58,809 nt of DNA, filler included, from Squatina squatina (GCA_031763465.1; 2 parts of 2 records of this genome joined end to end with filler, not necessarily neighbours in it), one strand, 5' to 3'. Shown: positions 37,740 to 50,262, numbered from the whole stretch's first letter. Numbers and translations are program-made. Notes: generated by a model from the sequence alone, not told the origin.

Positions 37740-37940
37740 GCAACCTGTATTTATACAATACCTTTAACATAGTAAAACGTCCCAAGGCGCTTCACTGGAG
37801 CGATTATCAAACAAAGTTTGACACCAAGCCACGTAAGGTAATATTAGGCCAGGTGACTAAAAACAGGCGTCTTAAAGGAGAGAGAAGTCGAGAGGCAGAA
37901 AGGTTTAGGGAGGGAATTCCAGAGCTCAGGACCTAGGCAG
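37740..37940 (-). mobile_element. L2 3' tail
   Basis: acatagtaaaacgtcccaaggcgcttcac...gggagggaattccagagctcagg. Confidence 0.8.
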
Positions 37941-38559
37941 TCTCTCTCACTCGTGAAATTTGTCTGATTCTATTCTGATATAACTGGGTCCTGTTTCAAC
38001 CCACTTCGATCTAGTTGCGAGTCCATACGAAATTGGCACTCTGGCACAGTAATAGTCAGTAGATTGGCTGTTGTTGTAATGGAAATGTCACACTGCTGTG
38101 TCAATGGATGCTCTTCTGAGATTGAGGCCAACGTTGAGGCACAGGCGATGCAGTATTTGGTGACGTTATATCTTATCTGAATGTATTGGGTGCTCATTTT
38201 ACCTCTCTGGTTAATTAAATTTTATGGTGGAATTCTTAACAAAACAGTTATCATAATAATATTGCCTGCTCACTCACTTTCCACCCCCGCCCTCCACAGT
38301 GGCTGGTCCAGTGCACATGTAATTACTTCCTCTGAACTGTATGTGGCTCTGTACTGGGAGTCAATTATTTCAGCCTAGCCTTTCACCTTGCGACAAATTT
38401 GACATTGATTGAAAAATAAAGCAGAGACTTATTACATGTCCTTTTTTATTTTCTATTGATGGGATGTATCTTACAGGTGTTGGTAATAATAGCATGTCAG
38501 CTTTCAGAAGGGTTGCTAAGAATTTTGTTGTCAAGTTCAACTGAGCACAACATGGAGGA

Positions 38560-38636
38560 TTTAGAACATAGAACATAGAACATACAGCACATAACAGGCC
38601 CTTCGGCCCACGATGTTGTGCCGAACCTTTGTCCCA
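38560..38636 (-). mobile_element. CR1/HER1 terminal tail
   Basis: (agaacat)n followed by aacaggcccttcggcccacgatgttgtgccg. Confidence 0.75.
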
Positions 38637-38771
38637 NNNNNNNNNNNNNNNNNNNNNNNNNNNNNNNNNNNNNNNNNNNNNNNNNNNNNNNNNNNNNNNN
38701 NNNNNNNNNNNNNNNNNNNNNNNNNNNNNNNNNNNNGGTCTCTTCCTGCCTGTCATTTTTGTATGTTTAAT

Positions 38772-38940
38772 TTTATTCATTCCTGCGATGTGGGCACCGC
38801 TGGCAAGGCTGGCATTTATTGAGCCACCGTTTTGAACCGCTGCAGTGAAGGTGCTCCCACAGTGCTGTTAGGGAGGGAGTTCCAGGATTTTGACCCAGCA
38901 ACAATGAAGGAACAGCGATATATTTCCAAGTTAGGCTGCT
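38772..38940 (-). mobile_element. 3' end of a LINE (probably the family at 17960), sharing its tail with the SINE at 21353
   Basis: Reverse strand: tcctggaactccctccctaacagcactgtggg (WNSLP)...caataaatgccagccttgccagcggtgcccacatcgcaggaatgaat. Confidence 0.7.
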
Positions 38941-39009
38941 GGGTACTGTTCTGAGGTTAGAGCTGAGGCACAACATTAGCGCAGAGTAATGAGAGCTTTA
39001 CCCCTCAAC

Positions 39010-39420
39010 CATGAGTTTAGAAGAATGAAAGGTGATATCATTGAAATGTATAAATATCTTAAGGAGCTTGACAGGTTAGATGCGAGGAGGATGTTTGCAT
39101 TGGTTGGGGGTCTAGAGCTAGGGGGCATAGTCTCAGAATGACAGGTCGGCCATTTAGGACTGAGATGAGGAGAAATTTCTTCATCCAATGGGTTGTGAAT
39201 CTTTGGATTGCTCTACCCCAGATGCTCAGTCGTTGAGTATCTTCAAGACAGAGATCGATAGATTTTTGGAAACTAAGGGAATCAAGGGATATGGGGATAG
39301 CGTAGGAAAGTGGAGTTGAGGTCAAAGATCAGCCATGATCTTATTGATTGATGGAGCAGGCTCGAGGGGTCGAATGGTCTACTCCTGCCCATATTTCTTA
39401 TGTTCTTATTTTCTTATCTT
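39010..39420 (+). mobile_element. CR1/HER1 3' end
   Basis: EFRRMKGDIIEMYKYLKELDRLD; gagatgaggagaaatttcttca; tail tttcttatgttctta. Confidence 0.9.
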
Positions 39421-40344
39421 ATGCTATATCTGAATTTGGGTGCCCAAAATAAGAAAGTGTCCCATTGTTTCACACTAACCTCCTTCATCTCGATGAAAAA
39501 AAAAGTTTTATTTTTAAAAAGTTTTACCCAGTTTAATTATTTTTTAACGTTCGGTTTTGGCTCGGGATTTTTTCAATCTAACTCACATCCACAAAAATGA
39601 AAGTAGCGCAGGTGGATTGCTGCTTAAGGNNNNNNNNNNTGCTTTCAAAAGGGAACTCGGTGGAGACTCCATGCAGCTCAGAGTCATGCAAGCAATATCA
39701 CACCTGCCAATCGAGTGTAAAGAAGGTGGAAATTAAGTACGTGTCACACAAAGGATTGGCCCAGTAGGAGCTAGAGATGTATGTGCCTCACGGGGCTGTT
39801 GTTGCCTGCAAGAACTTTGATGAATTGCCCACACAGCATGATGAGGGACTTGGCGCATGGTATTATTTTGGGCATCAGTGTCGCCTTCAGCAGTTTCTGG
39901 TCCTGGTCTTGCTTGAAGTCAGCATGACATTTATGGTTGCGTTGATTGACTTTCTGTGATCTTTAAAAGTTGTAGGGATACTTGTGGGGATATTATTCAT
40001 GTGTGCTGCACATACCACATGTTAATTGTTAATGGAGCATTGCAGGTTTTATTGTATCAATCGGAACTATTTCAGGAGGTGGCACAGACTTGGTACACCA
40101 GCATAATATCCTTGTAAATCAATATACTAAGCTTGAAATATAGAAGCTGGACTGTAGCACGAGGGCCATTCATATTGAGTTTTCTGGCATTTTGAGCATC
40201 ACTGATGAGGTGAAATCAGAATTCAATTACTTTCAGGCCAGGAGAACAAGAGGCGATAAATTTAAATTGGTCAAAGGCAAGAGATCTTAGAAAAGATTCC
40301 TAGGGTAATCAGTGTTTGGAATAATCTACTAGATACTAATGACA

Positions 40345-40460
40345 GAAAGACTTGCATTTATAGAACACCTTTCACAACCTCAGGACATCTCAAAGTACTT
40401 TTTGAAGCCACTGTTGTAATGTGGGAAACGCGGCAGCCAATTTACACACAGCAAGCTCCC
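40345..40460 (-). mobile_element. DeuSINE 3' tail
   Basis: agaaagacttgcatttatag...gcagccaatttacacacagcaagctcccaca. Confidence 0.8.
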
Positions 40461-40580
40461 ACAAATAGCAATATGCTAATNNNNNNNNNNNNNNNNNNNN
40501 NNNNNNNNNNNNNNNNNNNNNNNNNNNNNNNNNNNNNNNNNNNNNNNNNNNNNNNNNNNNNNNNNNNNNNNNNNNNNNNN

Positions 40581-41075
40581 AAGCGCAGACTGCTCTCCTG
40601 CAGGCTCAGCTTGCTGCCACCCAAGCTCAGACTGCTGCCCTCATGGCTGTGTTTACCAGTGTCGACCAGGACTTGCAGGGTGTCATAGCTTCCCAGCAAT
40701 GTGTGCTACAACAGACTGCTCGGAATGCTGAGGCACCGCCACAGGAGAGTGGCAGTGGCTCTGTGGAGCAGGAACCTGCTGTCCTTTCTCACGATGACAG
40801 CATTCCTCTTCCCACCTCTGCCACTTTGCCAGTGCCCTTGCCGCTGGTCAGTCAGCCAGCCAGCCCTGACTGCTGCCACCCATTCTAAGGTGGTACAGTC
40901 TACAGCTGGGCCTTCTAGGTCCACAGCTGGTCAAGGTTGTCCTGCAAGGTCATGTGTAGTCTCCCCCACGGAAACTCAGCAGCCTTCCACCAGACATGCT
41001 GCAGCCACTGGGGGAGCACTGTGTCGGAGCACTAGAGTAGGAAAGGGCACTAACGGATTGCACAAGGATGATTAG
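40581..41075 (+). pseudogene. Probable 3' part of the Harbinger second gene, convergent with the transposase
   Basis: Frameshifted P/S/A/Q-rich frames ending at about 41075, about 160 nt from the transposase stop. This fits the two-gene Harbinger layout, but no diagnostic domain is visible. Confidence 0.5.
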
Positions 41076-41234
41076 TTGATTCAGTAATGTGAATTGAATA
41101 GTGATAAATGTATTAATTTTGTTTGGAATGTTTGTTTTGTGGTGGCTCTCATTTCAGCATTGCGCTCAGGAGGACGCTGTGACATTCCGGGAGTGATGGG
41201 AATTGTGATGAGCAACAGGGATCTGGGGTTACAT

Positions 41235-42307
41235 TCACTGGAATCGGAGTCTGATGAGGTGTTCGTGGACAGCCCGTGCCGAAGGGTTATTTGAAGCCTT
41301 CCTCCTCTCTCTCATTCTCTTCCTGGGGTGGTCCCGCAATGCCCAGTGGCAAGGGCTGCACCCTCATGATGGTCAAGTTGTAGAGCATGCAGCAGACCAC
41401 CAGGAAATGAGACACCTGCTCTGCCAAGTACTGGAGGGCTCCTCCAGAGCGGTCACGGCAACGGAATCATTGCTTCAGCAGCCCAATGATGTACGCAGAG
41501 GCAGCATGGCTCTCATTATACGAGAGCTGAGCATGAGTGTTGGGGTTGCAGAGGGGAGTCATCAAGCCAAGTGCAGAGCAGATAGCCCTGGTCTCCGAGC
41601 AGCCACTCTCAGGTTTGACGTGGTGGCTGGAAGATTGTTGGCACACTGGACTGACGCAGGATGAAGGCATCAGGACTACCGCCCAGATAATGGGCACTGA
41701 CCACCAGGATGCGCTGGACATGGTCACACAACAACTGCACATTAAGTGAGTGGCAGTCTTTGTGCAACAGAAGATCTTGGTATTGTTATGCAACTCCTGC
41801 AAAACTACATTAGTGATGTCGATGGTGCTTTGCACCATGGGGAAGCCCACTATCCTGGCAAAGCCACATGCGCTTTCCTCCTGCTCAGAGAGAAGACAAC
41901 ATAGTCCTGATGCAGAGAGCCTCTGTGACCTCCTGAATGCCGCGATCAACGGTGAACTGGGAGATGTTCGCTATGTCTCCTGCTGCAGACTGGAAGGATC
42001 TGTTAGCGAAGAAATTGACGGCCACGGTGACCTTGAAGGCCACGGTAACCTTGAAGGCCACTGGGAGAGCCATGTTTGCCCTGCTCTGAGGCTCCACATC
42101 TGGTTGCAGGAGGTGGCAGAGTTGTATGCCACGTCCTTGGTGAAGCGGAGCCTCCTAATACACTGCTCCATCCTTAAGTGGATAATAGGTGGATAAGGCC
42201 TCCTGTTTAGAGGCCTCCTGGCCCTCCACCTCCTCTGCGATTCTTTACAGCCTCCACTCCATCTCCCAGATACTTGAGCGCAAGGAGCCTGCCAGTAGAG
42301 CACCCAT
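41235..42307 (-). pseudogene. Decayed PIF/Harbinger DDE transposase (HARBI1-like)
   Basis: Frameshifted blocks in the expected order: RRPYPP, EQCIRRLRF, ALPVAFKVTVAVNFFANRSFQSAAGDIANISQ, GFPMVQSTID, HSLNVQLLCD..HYLGGSPDAFILRQSSV, WLLGDQGY, YNESHAA..IGLLKQ, LIRLRFQ*. Confidence 0.9.
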
Positions 42308-43262
42308 GACTGTGAGCAGAAGTCTCTAAATAATTATGAAGGTGTTCTCCACTTGCACCAACACTCGGTCACAGAACGTTCCACAGTGCCAGTCAAACGG
42401 AACAAACATGTCAGCTGCAAGTTGTTGCTGATGATCAATTTAAACAACGCTGCTGGAGGCTCCTTCCTGCTTCTGAATGCTTAGTCAGCTGGTCATAATT
42501 AACACAGGGTAGCAAGTCGAACGGCGCAGTCCAAAATGGCAGATCTGGTGTCAGGTGAGCATTGCACACTCACTGACGTCACAATCGCTAGCGAGCGCGG
42601 ATATCGGCAGCGCTGCTGCCCAGCTGAAAATGGCAGCTGCCACGAGACCCACTGGCACTGGGCGGAAGTAAGGTAGCTGCCATTTTTTTGTGGCCGAAAT
42701 TGCAACAACTTGCATTTAGACAGCACCTTTAATGTAGTAAAACATTTCAAGGCACTTCACAGGAGCAGTAAGATTCCAGTAAGAGTGGAGGAGCAGAGAG
42801 ATTTCATGAGTGCAGATACATTGATGGGAGATGGGACTGAAGGTACAAAAGGCCATTAAAAAGGATAAAAAAGCACAGACACAGATATGATGGGCCAAAT
42901 AGCCTTCTGTGCTTTAATGTCTATGATTCTTTCACCGTCATTCTGTAACTTGGATTTTCACAGCTGGCTCTCTCAGAATTAATAACCATAAGATTGCTCA
43001 AACTGTTGAAATATTTTTAAGCCCAATAATCATATGAAGGTAATTAGATTAAACAAGCTGTATGTATTAATTTGCCATTTTGGTTAGTACAATTAGCTGC
43101 ACTGCGATTGAAACACATATAGAAACTCTCTTGTACTTTAATGAATTAAAAGTGGAACCGCACTTCTGCTACCCTCCCGAGGCTGAGCATAGTGCTCCTG
43201 TGCACTGTCATTACCGGCTACCTACCCAGTCACTGCATAATAAACTAGGCTTAGCATCAAAG

Positions 43263-43595
43263 AATCATAGAAATTTATGAAGGAGGCCATTTGGCCCATC
43301 ATGCCTGTGCTGGCCGAAAAAGAGCTATCCAGCCTAATCCCACTTTCCAGCTCTTGGTTCATAGCCCTGTAGGTTACAGCATGTCAAGTGCATATCCAAG
43401 TACTTTTTAAACGCAATGAGGGTTTCTGCCTCTCCCACCCTTTCAGGCAACGAGTTCCAGATCCCCACCACCCTCTGGGTGAAAAAAGGTTTCCTCAACT
43501 CCGCTCTAATTCTTCTACCCATTACTTTAAACCTATGCCCCCTGGTTATTGACCCTCTGCTAAGGGAAATCGGTTCTTCTTATCCGCTCTATCTG
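43263..43595 (-). mobile_element. CR1/HER1 3' end
   Basis: GRRIRAELRKPFFTQRVVGIWNSLPERVGEAETLIAFKKYLD. Confidence 0.9.
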
Positions 43596-44014
43596 AGGTA
43601 TGTGTAAGAGACAGAGTTGTATAACTGGTGGCCTTCTAATGAAAATAAATACTTAATTCAAAGGATGATGAGTCATAAGCTGTGTTTAAATTAAGTTTTC
43701 ACTAATCTGAATAAAACTCAGTTAAATAATTCAGAACTCAACAGCAGTGTTCAGAATTACCAATATAATCCAAGCTTAACGTAAAAGAGACAAATAATTT
43801 AGAGTTAGTTATTCTGTAAAGAAGGCAAGATTTAAGGAAATGCAGAATGCTGATAAAATTCTCCAATCTTTCTTTTTGTTTTGCATTATACACACAGGAA
43901 CAGGGACGTTTTTGCCTTTTAGCTCCTGGGTTGAGCTAATCTAGCTTTCAGCTCATCTGCTATCGTAAAACGGGGCTTTGGTGGGAATACACAGTACCTG
44001 TGTGTGAATAGCAC

Positions 44015-44189
44015 AGCTGCATTTTTATAGCACCTTTACTGCAGTAAAAACATCCCAAGGCACTTCACAGGAGTGTTGTCAAACAAAATTTGATGCCATA
44101 CTACGTAAAGAGATATTTGGACAGGTGACCAAAGGCTTGGTAAAGGAGGTAGGTTTTAATGAGTGACTTAAAGGAGGAGAGAGAGGTAG
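44015..44189 (-). mobile_element. L2 3' tail
   Basis: aacatcccaaggcacttcacaggagtg...ttaaaggaggagagagaggtag. Confidence 0.8.
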
Positions 44190-45139
44190 NNNNNNNNNNN
44201 NNNNNNNNNNNNNNNNNNNNNNNNNNNNNNNNNNNNNNNNNNNNNNNNNNNNNNNNNNNNNNNNNNNNNNNNNNNNNNNNNNNNNNNNNAAGTCTTTCTT
44301 ATTCGTTCACTTCACAAGAGGTTAAATTCAACATTGGCAGGAGCGCGAAGCAGGCGAGAATGAGTCAAACGCCCGTAATACACCACGTTCAATTTTCCTT
44401 CCAGTTGAAGTCAAAGTAGAACAGAAGGCCAATCGTTCACACCTATTTCACCGCACTTAGTTTTGTAGAGACAGTGGCAACCAGAACTGCACGTTCAGAT
44501 GAGACTTTTTCACTGACGTGACAATTTTACATAAAGTCTGATACTTTGGGACTTGCAAATAATATTCCTTTTGTTGAAACAGCTAATTTATGATAACTGA
44601 TTTACAAAGTAATATATTCATTATTCAATAGGATATATTGGATTGAATATTAAATAAAAGGCAACTTCCTTCCATTGTGAATTTGACTCCTGTTTAAATC
44701 ATGGAGTGGGTAAATGAATAAAGCATTTTTAATATCTCCAAAATAAATCACCATGACCTCAGCATCCACAATTCTAATTTGATGTATTAACATGACGCAA
44801 TTTTAAAGTAGCTGAAATAATCACAGGTGTGTGCAGTTTTATTTGTTTTAGCAGTTGGGGATTTGTCACAGTGTTTGCTTTTACAAAAAAGCCAAAATGG
44901 ATCCTGACTCAATAAAACGCAATAGAGCCTGAACTTAATCATTTATTATTCTTGTTTTCCGAGTGTAAAGCTGTAATTAGCCAAGTCACCTCTTTGAATG
45001 GGAAAGGGAGTTGCTGCAGAGGTTGTGAATGTTATACGTGCTCCTATCTAGGCACTTGCCATTTAATTAGTCTGTCTCCGCTGAAAGCACTCTTGACTCT
45101 CAATCATAGGAGCAATTAGATCAAGGCAGATTCTGCACC

Positions 45140-45505
45140 TTAACTTTTCAAATCCCGCCAAGGCCTCACCACTCCCTATCTCTTTGATCTCCTTCAGCTC
45201 CACAACGCCCGAGATATCTGCGTTCCACCAATTCTGCACATCCCGGATTTTAATCGCTCCACAATTGGTGCCTTCAACTGCCTGAGCCCTCAGCTCTGGA
45301 GTTCCCTCCCTAAACCTCACAGCCTCTCCACCTGTCTCACCTCCTTTAAGACGCTGCTTAAAACCTACCTCTTTGACCAAACTTTTGATTCTCTGCCCTA
45401 ATTTCTCCTTATGTGGCTCGGTGTCAAATTTTGTCTTTAACTCTCCTGTGAAGCGTCTTGGGATGTTTTACTATGTTAAAGACGCTATATAAATACAAGT
45501 TGTTG
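45140..45505 (+). mobile_element. L2 LINE 3' end
   Basis: ctctggagttccctccctaaacct...tttaagacgctgcttaaaacctacctctttgacc...gctatataaatacaagttgttg. Confidence 0.85.
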
Positions 45506-45699
45506 TCAGGTTGGCAACACAACACACCAGCACCATAAAGCAACCTTGCAATGCCCACGCCATTCCTTTCACACTCTTCAACATTGTGTGAGATACTCTT
45601 ATGTCTCACCATTAACTCCAACTAAGCCACTTCAAAATGTTCCATTTACCCGCCTTAACTCTATATCCCGCAATACCCTTACCCAACAACCCAACTCGT

Positions 45700-46010
45700 T
45701 GCTGGAATTTTCCCAGCCCTGCGAGTACGGGTTTGGGGGTGGGTCTGTTGGGAAAATGGCTTTTAATGACAGCGGGTAAGGTTCCCGCTCTGAACCCACC
45801 CCCTTGTCAGTTTCCCAGCTGTCAGGTTTGCCGGTGGATCGCAAACATGACACCAAGTGGCGGGACAGATAGGTTAGCATTTAACAGGTAATTAATGAGT
45901 GTTTAACACCATTAAAAGCAGACACTTACCACTTTCCCAGCCTTTTGTCAGGTTTGCCGTCGCTCCTGGAACACGCCAGGTAAGTGTGTCAGGTTTTCAG
46001 TCAGACCCCA
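45700..46010. mobile_element. Harbinger-like element left end
   Basis: gctggaattttcccagcc start followed by a GC-rich subterminal region. Confidence 0.45.
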
Positions 46011-46647
46011 TTCCTTTGACTAGTTGACAGCTGCTGAAGTGGTACAAAAGCTACCATTTCATAGCTGTTCACTTGCCAATGTCATAAGTTGAAATCTTCA
46101 AGATTTTAAACTCACCTTTGAGCTGAATGCAGTATACAAGAGCTTGCAGTGAACTTTCAGCTGTCAGCTACTTGGAGCAACCTCTCCCACCAGTGACAGA
46201 TCACACCTGTCATCTCAACCTCACCTGCCATCTATTCCAGCATCATCAGTGCCCTTGAAACTATTTCAACTTGATCCTGAGATACTCACAATGATCAGCC
46301 ATCCCCAACACCAACATCACTGAACACACCAGCATCACCAACCTTCTCTGCAAACACCTGATGCTTCACAGGACACAGGGCATCAGCATCCCATCACATT
46401 TCTGCCCGGGATGCCAGGGATGGCCTCACAATGGCCACATTTGGTTCAATAGATACTGTACACCCTGGCTGCCACATGATGCATCAGGTTGGCAACACAG
46501 CACACCAGCACCATAAAGCAACCCTGCAATGCCCACGCCATTCCTTTNNNNNNNNNNNNNNNNNNNNNNNNNNNNNNNNNNNNNNNNNNNNNNNNNNNNN
46601 NNNNNNNNNNNNNNNNNNNNNNNNNNNNNNNNNNNNNNNNNNNNNNN

Positions 46648-48833
46648 CTGCGCGGTTTCTTCTGTATAGAAGCCAGTGAGCGTACTGCGCGTTTTCTTCT
46701 GTATAAATGTCGGTGAGCGTCCTGTGCTGTTTCTTCTGCATAGAAGTCGGTGAGCGTCCTGCACGGTTTCTTCTGTATAGAAGTCGGTGAGCGTCCTGCG
46801 CGGTTTCTTCTGTGTTGAAGTCGATGAGCTTCCTGCGCTGTTTCTTCTGTGTAGAAGTCGGTGAACGTCCTGCGCGGTTTCTTCTGTACAGAAGCCGGTG
46901 AGAGACCTGCGCAATTTCTTCTGTGTTGAAAGCGGTGAGCGTCCTGCGCGTTTTCTTCTGTATAGAAGCCAGTGAGCGTACTGCGCGTTTTCTTCTGTAT
47001 AGAAGCCGGTGAGCCTCCTGCGCTGTTTCTTCTGTATAGAAGTCGGTGAGCGTCCTGCGCGGTTTCTTCTGTGTTGAAGCCGGTGAGCGTCCTGAGCGGT
47101 TTCTTCTGTATAGAAGTTGGTGAGCGTCCTGCGCGGTTTCTTCTGTATAGAAGCCGGTGAGCGTCCTGAGCGGTTTCTTCTGTATAGAAGTTGGTGAGCG
47201 TCCTGTGCGGTTTCTTCTGTGTTGAATCCGGTGAGCGTCCTGCGCGGTTTCTTCTGTACAGAAGTTGGTGAGCGTCCTGCGCGGTTTCTTCTGTGTTGAA
47301 GCCGGTGAGCGGCCTGAGCGGTTTCTTCTGTATAGAAGCCGGTGAGCGTCCTGCGCGGTTTCTTCTGTATAGAAGCCGGTGAGCGTCCTGAGCGGTTTCT
47401 TCTGTGTTGAATTCGGTGAGCGTCCTGCGCGTTTTTTTCTGTGTTGAAGACACTGAGCGTCCTGCGCGGTTTCTTCTGTGTTGAAGTCGGTGAGCGTCCT
47501 GCGCGCTTTCTTCTGTGTTGAAGTCGGTGAGCGTCCTGCGCGCTTTCTTCTGTGTAGAAGTCGATGAGCGTCCTGCGCGCTTTCTTCTGTGTAGAAGTCA
47601 GTGAGCGTCCTGCGCGGTTTCTTCTGTGTAGAACTCGGTGAGCGTCCTGTGCGGTTTCTTCTGTGTCGAATTCGATGAGCGTCCTGCGCGCTTTCTTCTG
47701 TGAAGAAGTCAGTGAGCGTCCTGCGCGGTTTCTTCTGTGTTGACGTCGGTGAGCGTCCTGAGCGGTTTCTTCTGTGTTGAAGTCGGTGAGCGTCCTGCGC
47801 GGTTTCTTCTGTGTTGACGTCGGTGAGCGTCCTGCGCGGTTTCTTCTGTGTTGAAGTTGATGAGCGTCCTGCGCGGTTTCTTCTGTGTTGAAGTTGATGA
47901 GCGTCCTGCGCGGTTTCTTCTGTGTTTAAGTCGATGAGCGTCCTGCGCGGTTTCTTCTGTGTTGAAGTCGATGAGCGTCCTGCGCGGTTTCTTCTGTGTT
48001 GAAGTTGATGAGCGTCCTGCGCGGTTTCTTCTGTGTTGAAAGCGGTGAGCGCCCTGCGCAGTTTCTTCTCTATAGAAGCCCGTGAGTGTCCTGTGCGTTT
48101 TCTTCTGTATGGAAGCCAGTGAGCGTACTGCGCGGTTTCTTCTGTATAGAAGTCAGTGAGCGTCATGTGCGGTTTCTTCTGTATCGTAGCCGGTGATCTC
48201 CTGCGCGGTTTTTTCTGTATAGTAGTCGGTGAACGTCCTCAGCGGTTTCTTCTGTGTAGAAGTCGGTGAGCGTCCTGAGGGGTTTCTTCTGTACAGCATT
48301 CGGTGAACGTCCTGCGTGGTTTCTTCTGTGCTGAAGCCGGTGAGCGACCTGCGCTGTTTCTTCTGTGTTGAAAGCGGTGAGCGTCCTGTGCGTTTTCTTC
48401 TGTATAGAAGCCAGTGAGCGTCCTGCGCGGTTTCTTCTGTATAGAAGCCAGTGAGCGTACTGCGCGTTTTCTTCTGTATAAATGTCGGTGAGCGTCCTGC
48501 ACGGTTTCTTCTGTATAGAAGTCGGTGAGCGTCCTGCGCGGTTTCTTCTGTGTTGAAGCCGGTGAGCGTCCTGCGCGGTTTCTTCTGTATAGAAGTCGAT
48601 GAGCGTCCTGCGCGGTTTCTTCTGTGTAGAAGTCGGTGAGCGTCCTCCGCGGTTTCTTCTGTACAGAAGTTGGTGAACGTCCTGCGCGGTTTCTTCTGTG
48701 TTGAAGTCGGTGAGCGTCCTGAGCGGTTTCTTCTTTGTAGAAGTCGGTGAGCGTCCTGCGCGGTTTCTTCTTTGTAGAAGTCGGTGAGCGTCCTGCGCGG
48801 TTTCTTCTGTATAGAAGCCGGTGAGCGTCCTGC
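46648..48833. repeat. 37-bp CpG-rich tandem array, about 59 units (left end in a gap)
   Basis: Unit gtgagcgtcctgcgcggtttcttctgtatagaagtcg; period checked at 46750 and 46787. It generates the 239-560 aa pseudo-ORFs. Confidence 0.97.
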
Positions 48834-48888
48834 TCGGAATCTTCAGACCGCTGCACGGCTGCACAGCCACGCAGCTTAGCACGAAGTG
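48834..48888 (-). mobile_element. Terminal segment of a hAT-like MITE fused to the 37-bp array
   Basis: Reverse complement ctaagctgcgtggctgtgcagccgtgcagcggtctgaagattccgagcagg is collinear with 53925-53976. Confidence 0.55.
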
Positions 48889-48899
48889 TGGAGAGAAGG

Positions 48900-49115
48900 A
48901 GAAGCAATGTTATGCAGTGAGTTGTTAGAATCTGTAATTCTCTGCCTGATAGGGCAGTGGAAGCAGATTCCATAATCATTTTGAAAAAGGAATTGAATAA
49001 ATGCTTGAAAAATAAATTTGCATGGGCCCTGTGTAAGGAACAGGGGACTGGGACTAATTGGAGAGCTCTTTCAAAGGGCAAATTGCCTCCTTCTGTGCTG
49101 CACGATTCTATGATT
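48900..49115 (+). mobile_element. CR1 3' end
   Basis: EADSIIILKKELNKCLK; tail ccttctgtgctgcacgattctatga. Confidence 0.8.
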
Positions 49116-50195
49116 TTTCATCTGTGCTTACTTTGTAATTTAATGACATTAATAGCCTAACAACTGGCAGGGAAAGCAAAACCTCATTATGAGATCACTG
49201 TGGGCCAGACACAGACCTGGGGAATGAACCGGCACTGCCAATCCACTCTCGTGTGACCCAAGCCACATAAGGATGTTAGAACAGATGACCAACACCTTGG
49301 TCAAAGAGGTCCCCAAGCTCTCACCAAGAGGGTGATAACATGAAAAAGAGTCAAAAGCACAGTGTCTGAATAAAAATCTGCATTCACGCAAGTCTGAAGT
49401 CATAATCAAATTTCGGCAACACAAGTTTGCAAAGTAATAATGAAAGGAATCTGCATTTGAAAAATAAAAGGATGCATATTTTCACTTGGCAAGGTCAACG
49501 GTACAACAAAGTCAATTGCATAAAAATAGACTTGTGCAATAAAAATGGTAATGAATTTCAGTGGCTCCAACTGTTTTAGTTTGTGTCGGCTACATTATGT
49601 AAAAGAGTTTCCCAGGAGTTTCTCTAAAGAACAACTTTTCATTCAAAGCTGTCTCTTATCAATGCAGCATTTTTCACAGCCAGTGTATTACCATCTTTCC
49701 AACTGCCCCTGCCTGAGTTTTAAACATGACTTGAGTCTGCGGCAAGGTCCAGGACTAGAGGACAGCTTAGAAAAGGAGAGTTTTGACGTAAGTGCTTTGC
49801 ACAAGAGTGTGGTGAATGTGTGAAATGGACAACGGGAGCAGTTAGTGCAGAAACATTTCAGGGAGAATTGGACAGACACCTCAGGGAGTGGGCGATGGAG
49901 AGCTTTTGGTTTTGGGGCCTGGGTGAGATAGACTGCAGATTCCTTGTAGTTTCCTAATCCATTCTCTCAACCTAAAGGCATGACTCCAGAGAGACACAAT
50001 GCTAAATCCAAGTGCATTGTGCATCCCTCGCTGGTTTTGTGAGTGAGTGCTTTACACTGGTGTGGTAGTGAGCCATGGGCCAGGCTTTCCTATGCTCACC
50101 AGATCGTGATTTTCCAGCCTTCAAAGTAAACTGGTGGAAAATCATGAGCTGGTGAAGGCTGGAGCAGAAAACCCGAGTCATCCTTATTGTCAGTT

Positions 50196-50262
50196 TGGCT
50201 TAGTGGTCGCACTCTCACCTCTGAGTCAGAAGATTGGTTCACTCCAGAGACTTGAGCATATA
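50196..50262 (+). mobile_element. DeuSINE head fragment
   Basis: ggcttagtggtcgcactctcacctctgagtcagaag...actccagagacttgagca. Confidence 0.7.

Larger units (their letters stand above)
40581..42703. mobile_element. Harbinger transposon relic (left part lost in a gap)
   Basis: Contains the two pseudogenes plus a CpG-rich subterminal region (42500-42700) ending near ggccgaaattgc. Confidence 0.75.

Noticed and set aside
46426-49081. ORFs of 162-560 aa as a novel repeat protein
   Set aside because: They are translations of a 37-bp (non-triplet) array. All three frames give the same rotating peptide, and single-base indels are tolerated.
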